The notes below the pieces were generated by a model that worked only from the letters and a program-made list of their open reading frames with translations, searched no databases and was not told where the DNA came from. Both the position numbers and the translations under genes were made by a program. From an uncultured virus (IMG/VR IMGVR_UViG_3300031787_000087) (Duplodnaviria > Heunggongvirae > Uroviricota > Caudoviricetes), in the IMG/VR virus record IMGVR_UViG_3300031787_000087: 20,000 nt of DNA. One strand, written 5' to 3'. Positions 15,891 to 20,000 of this stretch are shown here, in pieces. Numbering within the stretch: the first letter of the stretch is position 1; every line of letters begins with the position of its first letter.

Positions 15891-18750
15891 CTTGGAATAA
15901 GTGACTGATGTCCATGACGATGCGGTATGCCTGAATGTTTGTAGAACCAAACGCAGACTTCCAGCCGCTAGCCATCTGTTTACGGTCTTTGTGCTTCAAG
16001 ATGCCCTTGCGAGTCAACTCAGATTCAAACCAAGTGGTGCCTAACTTTACAGTCTTTAGGTATTCTTTCATGGCGGCAGACGAAACCCATATAGTGTTCT
16101 CATCCACCTCGGCACGGATGTAGAGCGCCTGTTTAGGATCAGCAACTACACGTCCGTCACGGATAACCAAAGTGTTCTGAATGTTCTTGTTGATAAAGTC
16201 ACCAAGCACGCTCTCTGCTTTGCTGTCATCTTCTTCCTGTTTGCCATCAATGATCTTCTCGAAGTCAACTCCAACCACAGCGAAGATGCGATCTAAGTCA
16301 AAATTAGTTAGACCCATGTTGTTGGTGATGTTGCCCGCAACTCTAGTGATAGCAACTAGGTTAGACAGGAAGCGGTACTCTGCGTTTTTGGTGTACTTCT
16401 CACCGACGTTCAGGTATTCTTTGGTAGCGCGACGCTTAACTTCTTCTGTTGTTATTCTAAATAACTCTTGTATGTACAGTGGGCCCGCGTGACCGAAGTG
16501 GGACTTCAACGTCTCAAACATTAACATGCCACGCTCGTCTGTCAACTCATATCCAGCAACATTAGGGCGTTGGATGATTGGCTCAAGGATACGCATCTCT
16601 TCTGGGTTAGTGTCACCTTTGTACTGAGACATTGCATCTCGCAGTCTGGTGTTGGTTGTGATGACCGAGATAAGTTTGGTAATGAACGATGCTTCACGCT
16701 CTTGGTTAGTAGACGCTTGCATACGTAACTTAGGCTGACCCGATGAGACGTTGTAGGCTACGTGAGACAGAATCTTTCCATCTGTGTTTGACTGTTCATC
16801 CAAACCGAAAGGCAGGTTCTTACAGGCAATCATGCGAGTAATCAACGCGTTCTGTGTTGCATCGAACACGGCAAGGTTCTCAGGGTGACCCCAAATACTT
16901 AGCGCACCGTATAGCGCACCAGTCTTACCAAAGCCAGACTTACCATAGAGAGAAAGTATCACTCCGTTGACATTGGTAAATTCCATCAATGGGCTTGCAA
17001 ATCCGCAAAGCACAGAGAAGGCGTGCCATTCGTATCCTGGGTCCCCGAACATAGAGATTGACTTCTTCCAATCTTCTAACGTGCCATTCGGTCTGATGTT
17101 ACGCACAATGTTCTTCACCAAGGGTGAAGGTGGGCACTGTCTTGTTGTTCCGTCTGCCATGTACTCCGTAGTACCAATAACAAATGAATCGCATTTTTCT
17201 GAAGTCCAACCTTGTTGCATTCTCATTACCTCCGCTTTCCTTACGTTTGTTAAGTATGTTGACCATTTCATGATGTAACTCGCCATCTTGGGTGCGCTAG
17301 CTGGCTCGAACTTCAGACCATTACTAAGAAGAATAGTCTTAAGTTTGTCGTACAGGCCAACGTCTTTTAGTGGAAGAATAAATTCACGCGACTCGTCTTT
17401 TGGAAAGTCGATGCGCATGACCAAGCATTCACCGTCATGCGGGCTGTAAATCCGCTGTATCGGGTATACATCGAAAGGCGATAGCAGTTCAGGATCATCC
17501 TGAATCAACTTACCTTTTTTGTCTCTTCTTGGGGGAGGCATAACGTAGATGCCTCCGTTGACTCCTCTGAAGTAGGGTTGGAGGTAGTCTGGGAAGAAAA
17601 TTTCTTTGGTATTCGGCTCTTGCCGAACTGATTCCTCTTGATCTTCTGTTTGTCCGCTTGTGCTTCCATTAGGTTCTCCGTCAATTTGTTCATAAGATGT
17701 GTGTTCGGCAATCTTGATGACTTTTCCAAGTCCGATAGGCCCAACTTTTCCAAGCCTAGAGCGATGGGGACACCCAACGCATCCGCTTGGGTTTTCTTTA
17801 GCAAAGGCGTCGCAACTGTGAGACCAAGCGGCTTCTCGTTTTGACTGTTCTGCTTTTCGTTCTGTTTCATCCCATGTGTAGTTAGGATGTTCATCTGACA
17901 TTCCATGTATGGCAGTAGCGCCATCACGACACCGAGCGGCGACAGATAGTCCAGCGTACCAGAGTGGCTCTGGGCAATCAGCTTGCTCTTCGAGTATGTA
18001 TTTAATTTGTGCACAACCATTTCCTTCTAGGCTGTCAACTGCAATCTTTTGAAAGTCGTATTCAAAGTTGCCATTGAGTTTGTCGTATATGGCTTGTGTA
18101 TCTTCGTCGAGTCCTTTCTCAACATTACGCAAGTCGAACTTCTCTTCAATCTCGCCCAATGCTGGCGCGAGGCGATCAAAGCTGTAGGTATAAACATCCG
18201 TCAACATCACAGACGGTGTTGGAGGATCATATCTATAGTTGCTTGTCCCAGGCACGCGCATTAAGCGTGCTGAGTCTGCTGGTACGTTCTGATCGATGAT
18301 TAGGTTATGGTCTGTGCAGAGTTGTTTGAACTTCTCAGCATAGGGCACCCACTTTTCAGCGGGCATCTCCTCATCAAATATCCAGTAAGCATGTATGCCA
18401 CCACCCGAATCTATTAAGATAGGTTGGGGCCAGTTGATTTCATCACAAAAGCGCTGTAAGTCTTGTAGAGCATCTGCCTTGGAAGGATAGCGGTCTTTAC
18501 CGTGTTCAACATCCAAATCAAGGAAGAATGCTTTTACGTATATGCAGTTCTCTTGCTTGCGGCGCAAGCCTTCGTAAGTACCAGGTGTGAAATAAACATT
18601 GTGTTGAATATCAATAAACCTTTGAGCAAGTGCAATAGCGTCTCCAACACTAGTTGCAAATTTTGGTTTAATGATTCCTTCTTTGTCTATTCCAGCAATA
18701 CATACGTTACCCTGCGTAGGGAAGATTTTCTCGAAAAATTGTTGGTTCAT
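15865..18750 (-). CDS. Primase-helicase: AEP/RepB-type primase, Cys-rich helical domain, DUF927-type P-loop helicase
   Basis: AEP motifs FLDLD, SGGGIHAYW and DSARLMRVPGTSN; GCAQI...EPLWY...SC-x8-CVGCPH; Walker A GKSGFGKT (16921-16944) and Walker B PFGLDE. Confidence 0.88.
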   Translation of the reverse strand: MNQQFFEKIFPTQGNVCIAGIDKEGIIKPKFATSVGDAIALAQRFIDIQHNVYFTPGTYEGLRRKQENCIYVKAFFLDLDVEHGKDRYPSKADALQDLQRFCDEINWPQPILIDSGGGIHAYWIFDEEMPAEKWVPYAEKFKQLCTDHNLIIDQNVPADSARLMRVPGTSNYRYDPPTPSVMLTDVYTYSFDRLAPALGEIEEKFDLRNVEKGLDEDTQAIYDKLNGNFEYDFQKIAVDSLEGNGCAQIKYILEEQADCPEPLWYAGLSVAARCRDGATAIHGMSDEHPNYTWDETERKAEQSKREAAWSHSCDAFAKENPSGCVGCPHRSRLGKVGPIGLGKVIKIAEHTSYEQIDGEPNGSTSGQTEDQEESVRQEPNTKEIFFPDYLQPYFRGVNGGIYVMPPPRRDKKGKLIQDDPELLSPFDVYPIQRIYSPHDGECLVMRIDFPKDESREFILPLKDVGLYDKLKTILLSNGLKFEPASAPKMASYIMKWSTYLTNVRKAEVMRMQQGWTSEKCDSFVIGTTEYMADGTTRQCPPSPLVKNIVRNIRPNGTLEDWKKSISMFGDPGYEWHAFSVLCGFASPLMEFTNVNGVILSLYGKSGFGKTGALYGALSIWGHPENLAVFDATQNALITRMIACKNLPFGLDEQSNTDGKILSHVAYNVSSGQPKLRMQASTNQEREASFITKLISVITTNTRLRDAMSQYKGDTNPEEMRILEPIIQRPNVAGYELTDERGMLMFETLKSHFGHAGPLYIQELFRITTEEVKRRATKEYLNVGEKYTKNAEYRFLSNLVAITRVAGNITNNMGLTNFDLDRIFAVVGVDFEKIIDGKQEEDDSKAESVLGDFINKNIQNTLVIRDGRVVADPKQALYIRAEVDENTIWVSSAAMKEYLKTVKLGTTWFESELTRKGILKHKDRKQMASGWKSAFGSTNIQAYRIVMDISHLFQDEQEAVSE

Positions 18751-18763
18751 GTTCGCAGAGACG

Positions 18764-18785
18764 AAAAAGCGGAAGTTACTCCGCT
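18764..18785 (-). terminator. Rho-independent terminator/attenuator just upstream of the primase gene
   Basis: Minus-strand RNA AGCGGAG-UAAC-UUCCGCU-UUUU: 7-bp stem including one G-U pair, followed by a U-tract that ends 13 nt before the ATG at 18750. Confidence 0.6.
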
Positions 18786-18794
18786 GTGAAAGAT

Positions 18795-18814
18795 GAACCG
18801 ACCTAAGTCAGTTC
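18795..18814 (-). promoter_or_regulatory. RNA hairpin in the HTH-primase intergenic region
   Basis: GAACUGAC-UUAG-GUCGGUUC, an 8-bp stem. The single DNA mismatch is a U-G wobble only on the minus (coding) strand. Confidence 0.55.
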
Positions 18815-18816
18815 GG

Positions 18817-19146
18817 CTATTTGTGATTCGCGGAAGTTATCGGTTTGCCGACCATATCTTTCAAATACGCACGCGCATCACGCAGGTTCTTGCAAGGCAA
18901 GATACCCTTTGATAAGTCCTCCTCAACTAGTTTGATAAACACTTCTATCTTGGCTCGTTTGGCGTAGCGGATGACCCCGCCCCTGAACCACGAATGGATA
19001 GTCATCCGTGTGGTATCGAACACTTGCGCAACGTATGTAGCAGGCAAGCCTGCTTTAATACATGTACTGGCTAAGTCAATACCTAGCCTGTATGTTTTAG
19101 TGTTCTCTACCGTGTCCAGTAGGTCGGAGCCGTATCCTCTAGCCAT
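18817..19146 (-). CDS. Helix-turn-helix (Cro/XRE-like) DNA-binding protein
   Basis: LPATYVAQVFDTTRMTIHSWFRG matches an HTH pattern; TAATG coupling to the upstream gene. Confidence 0.7.
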   Translation of the reverse strand: MARGYGSDLLDTVENTKTYRLGIDLASTCIKAGLPATYVAQVFDTTRMTIHSWFRGGVIRYAKRAKIEVFIKLVEEDLSKGILPCKNLRDARAYLKDMVGKPITSANHK

Positions 19147-19994
19147 TACTTCTTAGACCACTTCTTAACAATGTCTGTTACGTCTTCGCTTTTAGCTGAT
19201 GCTTTAGCAGTCTTGTTAACAGTTGGTTCAGGCATGGCTTCTTGTGTAGAAGGCTGTGCTTCTTCCTCGTCACCACCATCGGTCTTATACACAGTCAACT
19301 TAACTGCGCTCTCCGCCGCAATAGACTTGCTTTGGTTAAGAATAGTCTCACGCATATCAGGAGGGACAGCGCTGCTTGGAGAGAACAACAGACGAGGCAC
19401 TGGCGAGTTGATATCAAATTGCATCTTTGTAATGATCTTGCCTGCACTCACGTTGTTGTTAGCAAGCATTTGGATATATGGTCTGAAAGGCCATTTACCG
19501 CTATCTTCCTTGCCGAACGCGCTAGTTGCTGGAAGCACTAACTGATACACGTCTCCTGCGGGATCATTCGGAAGAACGACAGCAGTGCGCCATGAGAGAC
19601 GACATGCAGTGCCTTGACCGCCTTGACCTGAACCCTTTACAGAGTTAGGGCAGTCAGCGCAAGTAAGCGCGGCTGGCGATTTAACCTCTGCGTCAGGAAC
19701 CTTAGAGTCGTTAGACCAGCAAGCAGGGGACAACTTAACGCCCTTCTTGTAAGACTGGTTGTAGTAAGTGCGCGATGCTTCGTGAGCCATCTTGACGATG
19801 ATTACGTTCATCGAGTTGTCAGTGTTGACACTCTGCTCTTTACCGCCAACAATCTTGCGGAACACACGCCCCTCAATAGAGATGCGCTTATTGCCTTTGG
19901 TTGCACCGCCTGCTACTGCAAGGGTGTCTGCATCAAGACCCAGTTCAACAAGGCTGTTATCTGAACTGATGATGTTTGCGAGTTCGTTACTCAT
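19146..19994 (-). CDS. Putative single-stranded DNA-binding / replication accessory protein with a Cys4 (Zn) site
   Basis: Beta-rich core with CWS..TCADCP..ACR followed by an acidic/Ala-rich disordered tail; located in the replication operon. SSB function is an inference. Confidence 0.55.
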   Translation of the reverse strand: MSNELANIISSDNSLVELGLDADTLAVAGGATKGNKRISIEGRVFRKIVGGKEQSVNTDNSMNVIIVKMAHEASRTYYNQSYKKGVKLSPACWSNDSKVPDAEVKSPAALTCADCPNSVKGSGQGGQGTACRLSWRTAVVLPNDPAGDVYQLVLPATSAFGKEDSGKWPFRPYIQMLANNNVSAGKIITKMQFDINSPVPRLLFSPSSAVPPDMRETILNQSKSIAAESAVKLTVYKTDGGDEEEAQPSTQEAMPEPTVNKTAKASAKSEDVTDIVKKWSKK

Positions 19995-20000
19995 AATACT

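Noticed and set aside
15891..15950. 20-aa N-terminal extension of the small minus-strand gene given in the ORF track
   Set aside because: Requires a long overlap with the helicase coding region; the ATG at 15890 is more parsimonious.
1..20000. tRNA, CRISPR array, intron/intein, integrase, reverse transcriptase/DGR, or stop-codon recoding
   Set aside because: None seen by eye. Intergenic gaps are at most 66 nt, genes are uninterrupted under the standard code and TAA, TAG and TGA all act as stops. A covariance-model search was not possible.

Overview
This window is a 20-kb piece of a densely packed, moderate-GC tailed dsDNA phage genome, probably a podovirus with P22/T7-like ejection proteins. 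A Gram-negative, proteobacterial host is inferred, not shown. The + strand (1-15669) carries a lysis cassette: a membrane-anchored coiled-coil protein, a small TM/coiled-coil ORF absent from the ORF track, a 3TM/GTA-type holin and an M15A peptidase endolysin. It continues with a gp10-like tail hub, a short needle-like protein, two Gly/Ala/Gln-rich ejection proteins flanking a GNAT-like protein, and a 2351-aa large polyvalent protein (HExxH zincin plus LPD38-like C-terminus). The - strand (15666-19994) carries the replication module: a Cys4 SSB-like protein, an HTH protein, an AEP/RepB primase fused to a DUF927-type helicase, and a small protein. The most notable unexplained signals are (1) a 57-aa gene overprinted in the +1 frame of the polyvalent gene with a strong RBS, (2) a 66-nt leader before the primase with two hairpins, a terminator and a candidate translation-coupled antiterminator, (3) ten copies of a [YMF]-A-x-G-G-like motif shared by two ejection proteins, and (4) apparently nested repeat-domain insertions in the tail hub. 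All family calls come from motif recognition by eye; no database search was run.
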